Notes under the pieces: generated by a model | The model's input: only the letters and a program-made list of their open reading frames with translations | Told to the model about the DNA's origin: nothing | Database searches by the model: none | NCBI RefSeq assembly: GCF_009914755.1 | Contig: NC_060925.1 | Direction: 5' to 3' (one strand) | From: the human T2T-CHM13v2.0 reference genome, Homo sapiens | Length of the DNA: 64,000 nucleotides | Program-made: the position numbers and the translations under genes | In this document: piece by piece, positions 14,308 to 36,371 of the stretch | Layout: each line of letters opens with the position of its first letter | Numbering within the stretch: position 1 is the first letter of the stretch

Positions 14308-14428
14308 AAATACAACAGACTTTTAAGTTGCCTTATTTTCGCTAAAACAATAAAAATGCTTATGCATTTGGGAAATTGTTAAATAATAAATACAAGTTAA
14401 ATTATTTTAGTAAAAAATATTGCTTTCA

Positions 14429-14718
14429 GGCCAGGCACAGGGGCTAATGCTTGTAATACTAGTACTTAGGGACGCCAAGATGGGAGGATTGCTTGAGCCC
14501 AGGAGTTTGAGACCAGCCTGGGCTACGTAGGGAGACCCCCATCTCTATAAAAAAAAAAATGGCCAGGCATGGTGGCACATACCTGTGGTCCCAGCTACTT
14601 TAGAGGCTGAGGAGGGAGGATCATTTGAGCTCTGGAGGTCAAGGCTACAGTGAGACATGGTCATGCCACTGCACTTCAGCCTGGGCAACAGAATGAGACC
14701 CTGTCTCAATAACAAAAA
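14429..14718 (+). mobile_element. AluJ
   Basis: GGAGGATTGCTTGAGCCCAGGAGTTTGAG and GGAGGTCAAGGCTACAGTG J-type diagnostics. Confidence 0.92.
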
Positions 14719-15413
14719 ATACTTTCAGTCTGTAGTTATCTAGCTATAACATGTAGCTTTCAGAAACTAAAATTACATGAATTTTCAAATAAAATGAAAA
14801 ACTTTACAATGTGGATTGGACTTCTGGTCAAGAAAAAGCATCAAGAATGAATGCTTTGATCCACCTGCTCTGCTTCAAACTCATTAAATCCCTACTAAAA
14901 TATAAGAAGAGAGGGTTAAAAAAATAAACAGCTTCACTGAACAGAACTAGAAATTAATCACAATGTGGTGAGTGGGTCTGAAGCCATGAGTCTGTTACAA
15001 TCCAGGTCTGTAAGCATATAGTAGTAGCTTGAATCTTGACTCCTACCATGTAATAGAAATGAAAGTGCTTCATGCACAATTGTGGATCAGAAGAAGATTT
15101 ACTGTGGAAGCCAGAGGCTTGAATGAAGCTCCTCCCTCTACAGAAAAAAAGTCTATTAAGATAAAGCAATTATTGACTACTTCCTGAGACTACATTTTAC
15201 ACAGGGTTCTTGGCTTGGAAAGCAGACTGTAGATGCACTTCCTGGCCAGGAACTCAGCCAGATACCTGCTGCCCTATAACTAGATTTGTGATAGTCCCAA
15301 TATCACTGCAGAACAAATTCCACCTGGTGCTGCACTAGGGGCCTGAGAAAAGGTCAAATGGAGACAACTGTAAATTCCCAAAACTGCTAGACAAATAGGA
15401 TGAGAGAAAAATA

Positions 15414-15414
<1 letters not shown>

Positions 15415-15447
<33 letters not shown>
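15415..15447. repeat. (CA)n microsatellite
   Basis: Direct observation. Confidence 0.95.
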
Positions 15448-15450
<3 letters not shown>

Positions 15451-15763
15451 TTCAAGATGTAGCTGCTATAACAAATGAAGAAATCTGAAACTAAAGAAGA
15501 AAGCCTAGAAAACAATCAAAATTATTAATTGAAGCATGAAATGCCTAGAGATAAAATAATTTTTATCTTTGAAACAGTCTTACCAAGACTTTAAAATAAG
15601 GATGTCTAGACCGTTCAAAGGCATAAATTAAGGCATTGCATTCATTAATAGTGACGAAGGAACTATGAAACACAAAGCAGATATAAATAAAACAAAACCG
15701 GGTGGGTATTTAGAAAAACCAAATATACATTGGAACTAAAAAAAAAAAAAAAAAGCAGTTACC

Positions 15764-16101
<338 letters not shown>

Positions 16102-16833
16102 CTAGATTAGATCCAAAGAGAGTAATAAATTCAGAAATAGTTTTGAGAAATAAACACAGAACTTAGTCCAGAGTGACAAAGAGATGATTTTTAGTACAAT
16201 GGTTAGCAGACATGAAAGATTCATTGAGAGGCTCTAACATGTATCTGGTAGATGTTCCAAAAGAAGAGAATGGAGGGAATGATGGAGAAACATTAAGAGA
16301 TTAGATATTAGGTCCTAATAGGAGATTAAAGCTGAAGATTCTCATGATCACAGATGTGTTCTCTGATGGAAAGGACACCGTAGACAGGGCATGACATGTG
16401 ACAGTGAAAGTACAGATCATTGATAATAAGAAGAAACTCCTAAAATTGCTAGAGAGAACAGATAAGATATCCAGTAGGGACCATTAGGCTGACAGTGGAC
16501 TTATTTTCGGTAACAACTGTGGCCAGAAGACAATGTAGTAATATCATTAGAAGGTTAAGAGAAAACAGCTGTCAACATAGAATTTTATATCCAGCTAAAC
16601 TATTATTTAACAGTGAGGGCAAAAAGACATTTTCAGAAACATGAAGACTAAATGAGTCCGCCATATGCAGATGCACATTGGCACACTTAGTAAAGGATAT
16701 ACTTCACTAAAGAGAAATGTGAAACTACAGCAAAGGTAGGGGATAGAGGAAACAATGAAATAATGATGTAAAAATTAATTAAATATGTTCGTAGGTTTAA
16801 ATATTGACTTGCATGATAAAAATTCGGTGTTTA

Positions 16834-17155
<322 letters not shown>

Positions 17156-17264
17156 TTAGAAGAATAGAAATGCTAAATAACAATATATTTGTTAGAATAC
17201 TTTTAAAAACTAAAGTAGGATATGTTGAGACTATAAGAAAAAACACTAAAAGAATAGATTAACA

Positions 17265-17553
<289 letters not shown>

Positions 17554-17836
17554 ATAGATTAACAACCAACACAGGAAAAAATGAAAGACACATTTTTGAA
17601 ATAGTTTACCAATTGAATACAAAGCCAAAAAGGACTGGGAGAAGAAAACACAAGAAAAATGTCAATAAAGAGAAAATATAAAGTTCATCAATAATCACAA
17701 TAAATGTAATTAGATTAAATGCATCAGTTACAAAACAGAGATTAGCATATTAGATTGAAATTTTAAATCTAGCTGCTTGCTGAATGTATGATACATACCT
17801 AGAACAAATCAAAACAAGAAGATTGAAAGTAAAGAG

Positions 17837-23950
<6,114 letters not shown>

Positions 23951-24505
23951 TAAAGAGATAGCATAAGTTATATATATAATAACTAGATAAAGCTACTGAG
24001 ATGATGTTAACTTAATGCAAAAAGCAAAAAAGTTAAGACGAAATAAGAGGAGAATTATATAAAGTAATAGGAACAAAACTGCCAGGAATGTATAAAAATT
24101 ATAAATAATGCATCTAAAGGCATAACTTCAAAATATACAAAGCAAAATATTAGAATTAAATGGAAAATGGAAAAATCCATAACCAGCATTCAAGATTTTC
24201 TAACACTTGTATCCAAAACTGAGAGCTCAATCAGGCAAAAATTTAGTAAGGCTATAGTAAATGTGAAGAACAAAATTTAAAACCATGATATAATACCGGA
24301 CTTTTCAAACTTTTAAAACGTGACCTCTTTAAGAAATATATTTTATATCAACATCCAGTGTATAAATGCATGTGCATGCATGCACACACCCATTTAGATA
24401 GGTAGAGAGGTGATAGATGTTTAACAAACAATATTCACCTTTCACATGAGTAGTACATTCTGATACTATTTATTTTATTCCCTTTGTTAAAAAACATGAG
24501 TTACA

Positions 24506-24856
24506 CTATGCAGCCTTTAAAAGGAACTATATCATGTCCTTTGCAAGGACATGGAATGGAGCTGGAAGCCATTATCCTCAGCAAACTAACATGGGAACAG
24601 AAAACAAAACACTGCATGTTCTCACTTATAAGTGAGAGCTGAACAATGAGAACACATGGACACAGAGAGGGGAACAACACACACTAGGGCCTTTCGGGAG
24701 GTGAGGGAGAACATCAGGATAAATAGCTAATGGATGCTGGGCTTAATACCTAGGTGGTGGGTTAATAGGTGCAGCAAACCACCATGGCACACGTTTACGT
24801 ATGTAACACACCTGCATATCCTGCTTCTGTATACTGTAATGCTAAATTAAATTAAA
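24506..24856 (+). mobile_element. Short older L1PA 3' fragment, apparently nested in a degenerate hAT element
   Basis: L1 3'UTR sequence; 22-bp TSD TTGTTAAAAAACATGAGTTACA (24484-24505, 24857-24878). Confidence 0.92.
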
Positions 24857-25641
24857 TTGTTAAAAAACATGAGTTACAACAAACTAAATTGATTTCACAC
24901 CCAATAATGGATTGTGACCCACAATTTATGAAACACTGATCTTAGAAATATATACATCTGTGCATACAACAAGTAACAGTTGCACATTGTTTTCAACCTA
25001 AAGTAAATAGCATACACAACGGTGAAACCACAGAAGCCTTCCCAATAAAGCTAGGAACAAACAAGAATGCTTGCCATTAACACTTCTGTTTCACATTGTA
25101 ATGGAAGTCAAAGTCAATATATAATGGGGGTAAGAGGAATCAGAGGTATATGAAATTTGAAAGTTTGAATATAACAAACAGCAGCTGATTAATTATTGTC
25201 TAAATAATCTAAGGTAATCTAATCTACACACAAACTTTTAGTACTAACAAGAGAAGTCAACAAGGCTCCAAACACAAGAATAACAAGCATTAATGGTTTT
25301 CCTAAATGCCAATTAGATAATGTAATAGAAAACTTATTCAAAATAGCAACAAAAACATAAAGCACCTAGGAATAAATCCAACAAAAGATGTGCATAGCCT
25401 TTATGGAGAGCATTACAAAGTACTGTGGATAGGTATAAAGGAAGACCAAAACAAACGGAAAGACATAACGTGTTCAAGGTTGATGAAGACTTTATATGGT
25501 GGAGGTGGTACTTCTTTCCAAAATAATCTAAAATTGAACACAATTGCAATCAAAATTCCAACAGAAAAAGCCGATCCCGAAATTCATTTAGGAAAGCAAA
25601 GAGAGTCAAATAACTGGGATAGTTTTGAAAAAGAAGGTTGG

Positions 25642-25996
<355 letters not shown>

Positions 25997-28900
25997 TTAT
26001 CTCAACCCATAATAATGAAGACAATGTGAAATTGGCTTAGAGAAGGATGAAGACATCAATGGAGCAGGATAGAGAGTGTAGAAATGGACTGATATGAAAA
26101 CTTGATCTATGACAGAGGCAGCACTATAACTAGTGCAGAAAGGATGGGCTGTTTAATAATTTATGCTGTGACATAACCAAAAGGAAAAATTAAAATTCAA
26201 TCCTTAACTCACATTATATAAAATAAATCTTAAGTAGATTAAAGATTTAATATGAGAATTAAAACTACAAGATTTCAATAGAAAATATAGAAGAATATCT
26301 TTATGGTTGTAGAGAAATAATATCGTTTAAAAAATAAGATTCCTTACATGAGAAGCAGAAAGTACAAAACATAAGGTAAACGATTGATAGATCTGTCATT
26401 TAAATTAATGTATGCCTAACCAAAGCTATCATGAACAGGTTAAAGACAAGATAGAGGAAACATTTGTAATGCACACAGCTGACAAAGCACTAGTGTCTAA
26501 ATTCACACAGAGCTACAATTTGATAAGAAAAAAATACATAAGAAAATGAACAAATCACATAAACAGACAACTCACAGAAGAAGAGTAAACTTAAACCATA
26601 AATCAATGAAAAATTTTGAGCACACTGGGAATCACAAAGTTGCAAATAACATAACACTTCACACCCTCAGTTTGTCAAAATTTTAAATTTCGATAACACC
26701 AAGTAATGAAGACTACTTGTAGCCACAAGAATGTGCATATGCTGTTTATGAATGTATCAACTGGTACAATCACTTTGGAAAATAATTTGGCCTTATCTAA
26801 TAAAGGCGAAAATGAGCTACTCTGTAACCCAGCGATTCCACTTCTGAGTATATACCTCAGAGAAACTCTCACACGTGTGCGAGCCAACAAGAATGTTCAT
26901 TGCAGCATTGCAATGAAAGTAAAAGAAAATGGAAATGACCTAAATATCCATAAACAGGAGAAAGGATAAATAAATAGTGGCATGTTCATTCCGTGGACTG
27001 CTCTACAAATAGGTAAATAGATAACCTAAAGCTACACATGTCCACATGGTTAAATCTTAAGCCATGATCCTGAGTGCAAAAGCAAGTACATGATGAAGTA
27101 TTCAGGATGATGTCACTGACAATAAGTTTGAAAACCTGCAAATTATGCTGTTTATTATTTATGGATACATACAAATATAGTAACAATATAAAAATACACA
27201 TGGGAACGATAACAAAATGTATGATATTGATTATCTCTCATCAAGGAAAGGAGGAAAATGGGGTAAAGAAAAGATTATCATAAGCAAAATTGGAAATATT
27301 AGGTTTTGACAGAGCTGGATTCAAGTACACAAGGTGTTTGCTGTTGCTCCTCATACTTCTCTGTATTTCATCTTCAGAGTTAACTCTGTCCTCTCCCTTT
27401 TTCTGTTTATTTGTCGACGGTGCGGTTGTTTTGGTTGAATAAATTCTGGATTAATACATTGAAAAACCCAAATACAACAAACAAAATCTTTCTTGTATTA
27501 TCTGTTCTCAAATATTCTTTGCCTTCAAAAGATGCTGTTGCTATGAAAACCTGTACTGTCATCTCATTTATGTTACTTGAATCAGGATAACTCCCACTGG
27601 TGCACAAGGGTGAATTTCTTTATACTCTCATCAGAAATATATTTTCTTGGTTGGTTCTCTCTTTTTAAAAAGCATAGAAGCAATATAACAAAACCATAGA
27701 AAATTTAGGCAATAGAATTTTTAAAATCAATCAAAATCCTCCTGTCTCCAAAACTCATATGGTCAACTGTCAGGATTTCAGTGTAGTTCTCACTTGCTTT
27801 TTATCCTTATGTATATTTTAATGCAGTTGTAACCAATTTGCACACATAGTTTTGTAGCCTGCATTATTCTTTTAAGTTGATACTGCTAAGTGGTCTTCCT
27901 AATCTTCCTTTATAATGGCTACATAATGGTCCATCCCCTCTTTCTGTGATTATTTACTTAACCTTTCTCCTATTTTTGGACATTTAGGTTTCTTTCCATT
28001 TTTTGTTTATATAAATAAAAAGCTATGACAAAAATATTCATGGAAATATATTCTATGTATTTTGAATTATTTCAGAAGTGGGAATGTCCATGTTACAGAG
28101 CATGAAACTTTTGACGAATTGCTTTCCCAATGTTTCCAATGCCCAATGGCAATGTTTGACACCACTGAGTAGTTTGCTCTAGCCATGAACTCTAGTTGGA
28201 ATTCTGTGATGATAACCGCCATATTCAATGATTACTTTCTTCCTAAAAGATTGGAAGAAAACACAAAAGATGCAAGAAGACACACTAAGTCCCCGTTTTG
28301 ACCATTTATAAAATTTTCTAAAAGATGATATGAGACAATGGTATCACAAACACTATGTATACAATAAGAAATAACTCTTCATTATCATACATTTGAGTTT
28401 GCACTTCTTAAATCAAAACTATGCTCAGAATTTGGGGCATGAGGGAGAATATTTTTTAATCCAAATCATAAACAGACTTCTTGAAAGTTGAGTTTTTAAA
28501 ACCAATGTGCTGGGACTCCCGTATCTTTCTTTAAGAATAAGAGGAACATACTGAGGGACACCAAAATATGATAAATTAAATATAACTAAATATAATAAAA
28601 GGCCAATCTGTTCTCTGGGTGATTAATTAAACAACATTTTATAAAAATCAGAACACATTTTTGTTTTTCTACCAAAACAGGTTAACTGGAGCATATTTTG
28701 GAAATAATTAAGCAGTGGTAAAACTTGTAGAGACATATGTATAAGGATGTTCTTTGCAGCACTCTGCAGGCAGAAAAGCTAGAAACAATGAAAGACTGTA
28801 GCTGGGAAATGGTCGAATAAATGTCGCCAAATGCATGCTATACAATATCATGTAGCAATTGAAAAACAGACTTAATCACTGGCCACTTAGTTGGAGAGAT

Positions 28901-31900
28901 TTCCATGAGTTACTCCTAAGTGAGGAAAGAAAAATGTTGAGAAGGCGATATAATAAGAACAATAGACAAAATGCTATGCGGGTATAGACAATTTTATATG
29001 ATTATATCATTAATATGAGTTACCTATAGGTAGGAGGAAGAAGGAGGAAGTTGGAGTAAAGATGGGAGAAGAGACAGGAAAAAAGAAAAAAAACTATTCT
29101 TACAGAAAACTTGGACAAGTGTTTAAGTAAAACTCTGTGAATGGGTAGTATAAGAAGCAAGAAGGAGACATGCCACCCAAATATGGTGGGAGAAGCCCAG
29201 TTCAGAACTGGCCCCAAACAATTCCCCTAAGTCACATTGTTTAAAGGTTACCTGTATTGGAAACTGATATCAGATTTCATTTCCTATCTTATATATTTAG
29301 TTGTATATAAGATAACATAATAGACATCATAAGGTTCTCATTTAAAACAAATTAACAAAAATAAAATCTTATGGGATAAAATTAGAGTGACCAAGCAATA
29401 TCATTTCAAAACCACCAAGCCAATCTTACTTACTTTTTTAAAATGGAGCAGAAAGAGATGACCACATTTTCCTTTAAGTTACATTAGAAAATATAATCAG
29501 AGCACACAACATAACATTTAAGGTTCTTGTAACTTGGCCTTGACCCTGATTTCCTTCACTGACTTGGCCAAGTAGTTAGTGTGCATTTACAGAACTTGAA
29601 GAATTTGAAGGTGTGTATATCAGGAAATTTATTGAGTATATTATATGGACTTACCTAGATTAGAAGTTATCCCTATGTGCCTTTCCATGGGATTAGTCAT
29701 ATTTCTCTGACTTACTCTTCCAGCCATTCTTATCTCTCTTTTTCCTGGCTCAGAAATTCCTCCATGCAAGAGTGTGCTTAGTTTTGTAAAAAAGCTGCCA
29801 AAGTATCTTGCAAGTGACTGTACCATTTTGCATTCCCACCAACAATGAATGAGAGTTCCCATTGTTCCACATCCTCACCGGCATTTGAAGTTCTCAGTGC
29901 TCTCGCTTATGGCCATTCTAATATGTGTGTAGTGGTGTCTCATTGTTGTTTTAATTTGCAATTCCCTAATGACATATGATGTAGAACATCTTTGCATATG
30001 CTTATGTGCTATCTGTATATCTTCTTTGGTGAGGCATCTGTTCAGGTCTTTGGCCCATTTTTTTTTAATTGAGTTGTTTGTTTTCTTATTGTTGAATTTT
30101 AAATACTCTTTGTATATTTTGAATAACAGTCTTTTAGCAGATATGTCTTTTGCAAACATTTTCTCCCAGTCTGTGGCTTGCCTTCTGATTTTCTTGAAAT
30201 TGTCTTTTGCAGAACATTTTTTTTTTATTCTCATGAAGTCCAGCTTAACAATTACTTCTTTCTTGGATTGTGCCTTTGGTGTTATATCTAAAACATTATT
30301 GCCATAGTCAAGACAATCTAGGTTTTCTCCAGTGTTATTCTCTAGGGGTTTTATAGTTTCACTTATTACATTTAGGTCTATGATCCATTTTGATTTAGTT
30401 TTTGTGAAGAGTGTAATGTCTGTGACTAGATTTTTTTTTTTTTTTGCATATTGATGTCCAGTTGTTCCAGCACCATTTGTTGAAAAAACTACCTTTACCT
30501 CATTGTATTGCCTTTGCTCCTTTGTCAAAAATCACTTGACTATATTTATATGGGTCTATTTCTGGGCTCTCTCTTCCGTTCCATTGATCTGTTACCTATT
30601 CCTTCACCGCACCACACTGTCTTCATTACTGTAGCTTTATAGTTAAGTCCTGAAGTCAGATGGTGTCAGTCCTCCAACTTTGTTCTTCTCCTTTAGTATT
30701 GAGTTGGCTATTCTGGGTCTCTTGCCTCTCCACATAAACTTTAGAATCAGTTTGTTGACGCCCACAGTACAACTTGGCAGTTTCTGATTTGGATTGTGTT
30801 GAATCTATAGATCAAATTGGGAAGAACTGACATCTTGACAATATTGAGTCTTCCTATTCAGGAACATGAAATATTTCTCCACTTATTTAGTTCTTCTTCA
30901 GTATTTTAAATCAGAGTTTTGTAGTTTTCTTCATATAGATCTTGCACACATTTTATTATATTTATATCTAAGAATTTCATTTCATGAGGTGTTAATATAA
31001 ATGGTAGTGTGTTTTTTATTTTTAATTCCACTTGTTCGTTGCTGATATATAGTAAAGTGATTGACTTTTCTATATTAAACTTGTATCTTGCAAATTTGTT
31101 GTAATTACTTACTAGTTCCAGCGGGGTTGTTTCATTTGTTTGTTTATTCCTTAAGATCTTCTACATAGAGAATCATGTCAGCTGCAGACAAAGACAGTTT
31201 TATTTCTTCCTTCCCAATCTGTATACCTTTAATTTCCTTTTCTTGTCATATTGTATTAACTAAGACTTCCTTCCAGTACAATGTTGAAAAGCAGTGCTTA
31301 GAGGGAACTTCTTTGCCTTATTCCTGATTTTAGCGGAAAAGCTTCAAGTTTCCCATTAAATTATATTAGTTTAAGTATAATGTTAGCTGTAGGTTTTCAA
31401 AATATATTTTGCTTATGAATTTGAGGAAGTTTTCTTCTATTCCTAATTTGCTGAGAGTTTTTATCATGAATGGTGTTGAATTTTGTCAAATGCTTTTTCT
31501 GCATCTTCTGATATTTTCGTGTGATTTTTCTTCTTTGGCTTGTTGATGGAATGGATTGCATAAATTATTTTCAAATGTTGAACCAGCCTTACATATCTGG
31601 GATAAATCCTACTTGGTCATGGTGTATAATTATTTTTATACATTGTTGCATTCTATTTCATTCTCCTTCTATTTTCTGGAAGAGATTGTAGACAATTGGC
31701 ATAATTTCTTCCTTAAATGTTTGGAAGAATTCATCCGTGAATGCATCTGGGCCTGGTGTTTTCTGTTTTGGAAGGTTAATTTGATAGATAAAGTCCTCTT
31801 CATATTGTCTATTTCTTCTTGTGTGAATTTTAGCAGATTGTGTCTTTCAAGAAATTGGTTTATTTCTTCTAAGTTATCACATTTGTGGACATAGAGTTGT

Positions 31901-34900
31901 TCATAATATTCCTTTATTATCATTTAAATGTTCATTGGATCTGTGGGCAATGTCCTCTTTTTCATTTCTAATATTAGTAATTTGTATCTTCTCTCTGTTT
32001 CTCTCAGTTAGAGGTTTATTGATTTTACTGATCTTTTTTAAAAAGACAGCTTTTGGTTTTGTTGATTTTCTGTTTCCTGTTTTCAATTTTATTGATTTCT
32101 GCTGTAATTTGTATTATCTCTTTTCTTCTACTTCCTCTGATTTAATGTGCTCCTTTTCCTAGTTTCCTAAAATGAGAGCTTAGGTTATTGATTTTAGACC
32201 TTTCTCCTTTTCTAACATAAGCATTCAATACTATAAATTTCTCTCTAAGCACCGCTTTCACTGCATCCATAAATTTTAAGTTGTCTTTTTATTTTCAATT
32301 ACCTCAAAATATTTTTAAATTTCTCTTGAGATTTCTTCTTTGACCTGTGTTATTTAGAAGTTTGTTGCTTAATCTGCAATAATTTTGGGATTTTTCAGCT
32401 ACATTTCCGTTATTGATTTCTAGTTTAATTCCACTGTGTTCTGAGAGCAGACATTGCATGATTTCCATTATTTCAAATGTGTTAAAGTGTGTTTTATGGC
32501 CCAGAATGTGGTCTATCTTGGTGAATATTCCATGTGAGCTTGAGAAGAATGTATAATCTGTTGTCATGTGATGAAATAGCCTATAGAAGTCAATTATATC
32601 CAGTTTATTTATAATGTTATGTAGTTAAACTATGTTCTTACTGATCTTCTACCTGCTAGATCTGTCCATTTCTGATAGAGGGGTGTTAAAGTCTCCATCT
32701 ATAATACTGGATTCACCTATTTCTTCTTGCAGTTCTATCAGTTTTTGCCTCATGAATTTTACACTCTATTGTTAGGAACATACACATTTAGGACTGTTAT
32801 GTATTCTTGGGGTATTCATCCCTTCATCATTGTGTAATATTCCTCATTATCCCCGTATCTGTTCCTTGCTCTGATGTCTGCTCTGCCTGAAATTAATATA
32901 GGTACTCTCACTTTTGTTTGATTCGTGTTGGCATAATATAATACATAACGTTTAAAAAACATTTTATTGTTACATAGTATTTGTACATATTTACAGTATA
33001 TATGTATTTATGATTTCTATGTCTTGGGAACATTTCAAGTCCTCTCTTCTAGCTATTTTTGAAAAATACCATACATTGTAGTTAACTATAGTCACCCTAC
33101 TCTGTAATCAAACATTAGAACTTATTATTTCTATCTACCTATATGTTTGTACTCATTAACAAACCTTTCTTCATCACTGCCCCGACCACCACAACACACA
33201 CCCTTCCCAGCCTCTGGTAACTATCATTTTTCTCTCTACCTTCTTTAGATCTCACATATGAATGAGGACATGCAATATTTGTCTTTCTGTGGCTGGCTTA
33301 TTTCGCTTAACAAAATGACCTCCATCTATGTTGCAACAAATGACAGGATTTCATTCATTTTATGGCTAAACAATATTCCCTTGTGTGTATATATGTGTAT
33401 ATATTTTCTTTATCCTTTCATCCACTGAAGGATACTTAGGCTGATTCCATATTTTTGCTATTGTGAATAGTGTTGCAGTAAACATGGGGTGCAGGTATCC
33501 TTTTGACACAATGATTTCCTCTTTTAAAAAAGTATCTAGTAGTACGATTGCTGAATCATATGGTACTTCTACTTTAGTTTTTTCAGAACTCTCCATATTG
33601 ATGGCTGTACTAATTTACATTTCCACTAGCAATTAATAAGTGTTCCCTTTTCTCAGCATCTTTGACAGCATCTGTTATTTCTGTCTTTTTGATAATAGCC
33701 ATTCTAACTGGGGTAAGATGATATTTTACTGTGGTTTTGATTTGCATTTCCCTAATGATTACTGATGTTGAGCATTTTTTTCATATTCCTGCTGGCCATT
33801 TGCAAGTCTTCTTTTGCGAAATGTCTGTTCAGATCCTTTGCCCACTTTATAATGGAACTATTTGGTGTTTTTGCTGTTGAGCTGCTTGAGTTCCTTGTAT
33901 ATTCTAGATATTAGTCCCTTGTTGGATGAATATTTTCTCCCATTCAACAGGTTGTCTTCAGTCTGTTGATTGTTTCCTTTGCAGAAAGGTAAAACCTCTG
34001 CAAAAAACATAGTCCCATTTGTCTATTTTGGTGTTTGTTGCCTGTGCTTTTGAGGTCTCAGCCATAAAACCTTTGCCTAGCCCAATGTCTTGGAGTGTTC
34101 CCCATGTTAGTAGATATGTAGTTTGGGGTCTTACATTTACGTCTTTAATCCATCTGGAGTTGATTTTTGTACATGTGAGAGACAGGAGTCTAGTTTCACT
34201 CTTCTGCATATAAATACCCAGTTTTACCAGCACTACTTATGGAAGAGGTTGTCATTTCTCCAATGTATGTTCTTGGAGTCTTTGTCAAAAATCAATTGGC
34301 TGTAAATACATGGATTTATTTCTGGGTTCTCTATTCTGCTCTATTGGTCTCTGTGTGTGTTTCTATACCAATACCATGCTGTTTTGGTTATCATAGCCTT
34401 GCAATATATTGAAGTCAGGCAGGGTGATGCCTCTGGCTTTGTTCTTTTGCTCAAGATTGCTTTGGATCTCTTTTTGTTCCATACTAATTTTACAGTTGTT
34501 TTTTTCTATTTCCATGAAAAATGTCATTGGTGTTTTCATACAAATTGCATTGAATCTGTAGATTGCTTTGGGCAGCACAATCATTTTAACATTACTAGCT
34601 TTTTGATCCATGAGCATGGGATATCTTTCCATCTGTTTGTGTTCTCTTTAATTTCTTTCATCAGGTGTTTTGAATCTTCCTTGAAGAGATCTTTCATACC
34701 CTTGGTTAAATGTGTTCCTAGGTATATTTTTTCTGTAGCAATCATAAATGGGATTGCTTTCTTGGTTTCTTTCTCAGATAGTTTTTTTAATTGGTGTATA
34801 GAAATGCTACTGATTTTTGTATATTTATTTTGTATCCTGAAACTTTACTGAGTTGTTTATCAGATCTAAGAATATTTTGGTGAAGTCTTTAGGTTTTTCT

Positions 34901-36371
34901 AAATATAAAATCATGTCATCTGAAAGAGAGAAAATTTGACTTCCTCTTTTCCGATTTGGAAGGGCTAGGACTTCCAGCTGTATGTTAAATAAAAGTGGTG
35001 AAAGTGGGAATTTTTATCTTGCTCCAGTTCTTTTAGCTTTTCCCCATTTAGTATGATGTCAGCTGTGGGTTTTTCACGTATGGCCTTTATTATGTTGAGG
35101 TAAGTTCCTTTTACGCTTAGTTTGTTGAGAATTTTTATCATAGAGAGATGTGAAATTTTATCAAATGCTTTTCTGTATCTGTTGAAATGATCATATGGTA
35201 TTTCTTCTTCATTCTGTTGATGTGGTATGTCAAATTTATTTATTTGCATGTGTTGAACCATCCTTGCACCCCTGGGATAAATTACACTTGATCATAATGT
35301 AGTATCTTTTTGATATGTGGATTTGGTTTTCTCATGTTTTGTTGAGGATTTTTGCATCTGTGTTAATCAGGGATATTGGCCTGTAGTTTTCTTTCTTTTG
35401 GTGTGTCCATGTCTGGCTTCAGCATCAGAGTGATACTGGCCTCATAGAATGAGTCAGGGAGAATTCCCTTCTCTTTAATGCTTTGGAATAGTTTAAGGAG
35501 AATTGGTGTTATTTCTACTTTATAAGTTTGGAGGAATTCAGCAGTGAAGCCATGCAGTCCTAGACTTTACTTTGTTGGAAGAATGTTTATTACTGATTAA
35601 TCTTGTTACTTGTTATCGGTCTGTTTGGGTTTTTTATTTCTTCCTGATTCAATCTTGGTAGGTTGTATGTGTCCAGGAATTTATTCATTTCATCTAGGTT
35701 TTCCATTATGTTAGTATATAATTGTTTAAAATAGTGTCTGATGATCTTTTACATGTCTATGATACCAGTTGTAATATCTCCTTTTTCATGTCTGATTTTG
35801 TTTATTTGGGTCTTCTGTCTTCTTTCCTTGGTTAGCAGTTTATCAATTTTGCTTATCCGTTCAAAACAGCAATTTTTTTTGTTTCATTGATCCTTTGTAC
35901 TGTTTTTTCAGTCTCTATTTTGTTTAATTCTGCTCTAACATTTATTATTTCTTTTCTCATGCTAGTTTGGGGTTTTGGTTTGTCCTTCCTTTTCTAGTTC
36001 CCTAAGGTGCATCATTAGATTGTTTATTTGAAATCTTTCTACTTTTTTGATGTAGACATGTATTGCTATAAACATCCCTCACCACTGCTTTTGCTGTATT
36101 CTATAGGTTTGGGTATGTTGCATTTCCATTTTAATTTGTTTCAAGAAATTTTTTAATTTTCTTCTTAATGTTTAAATTGACCCAGTGGTCATTCAGGAGC
36201 ATGCTCCTTAATTCCCATGTATTTGTACAGTTTCCAAAGTACCTCTTATTACTGATTTCTAGTTTTATTCCATTATGGTCTAAGATACTTTATATTATTT
36301 CAATTTTTAAAAATTTGTTGAGACTTTTTTGTGGCCTAATATGAGGTCTGTCTTAAAAATTGTTCCACGTA

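Noticed and set aside
27436-27590. Peptide FWINTLKNP resembling plexin FWVNILKNP
   Set aside because: A nine-residue match with no flanking similarity; most likely chance.
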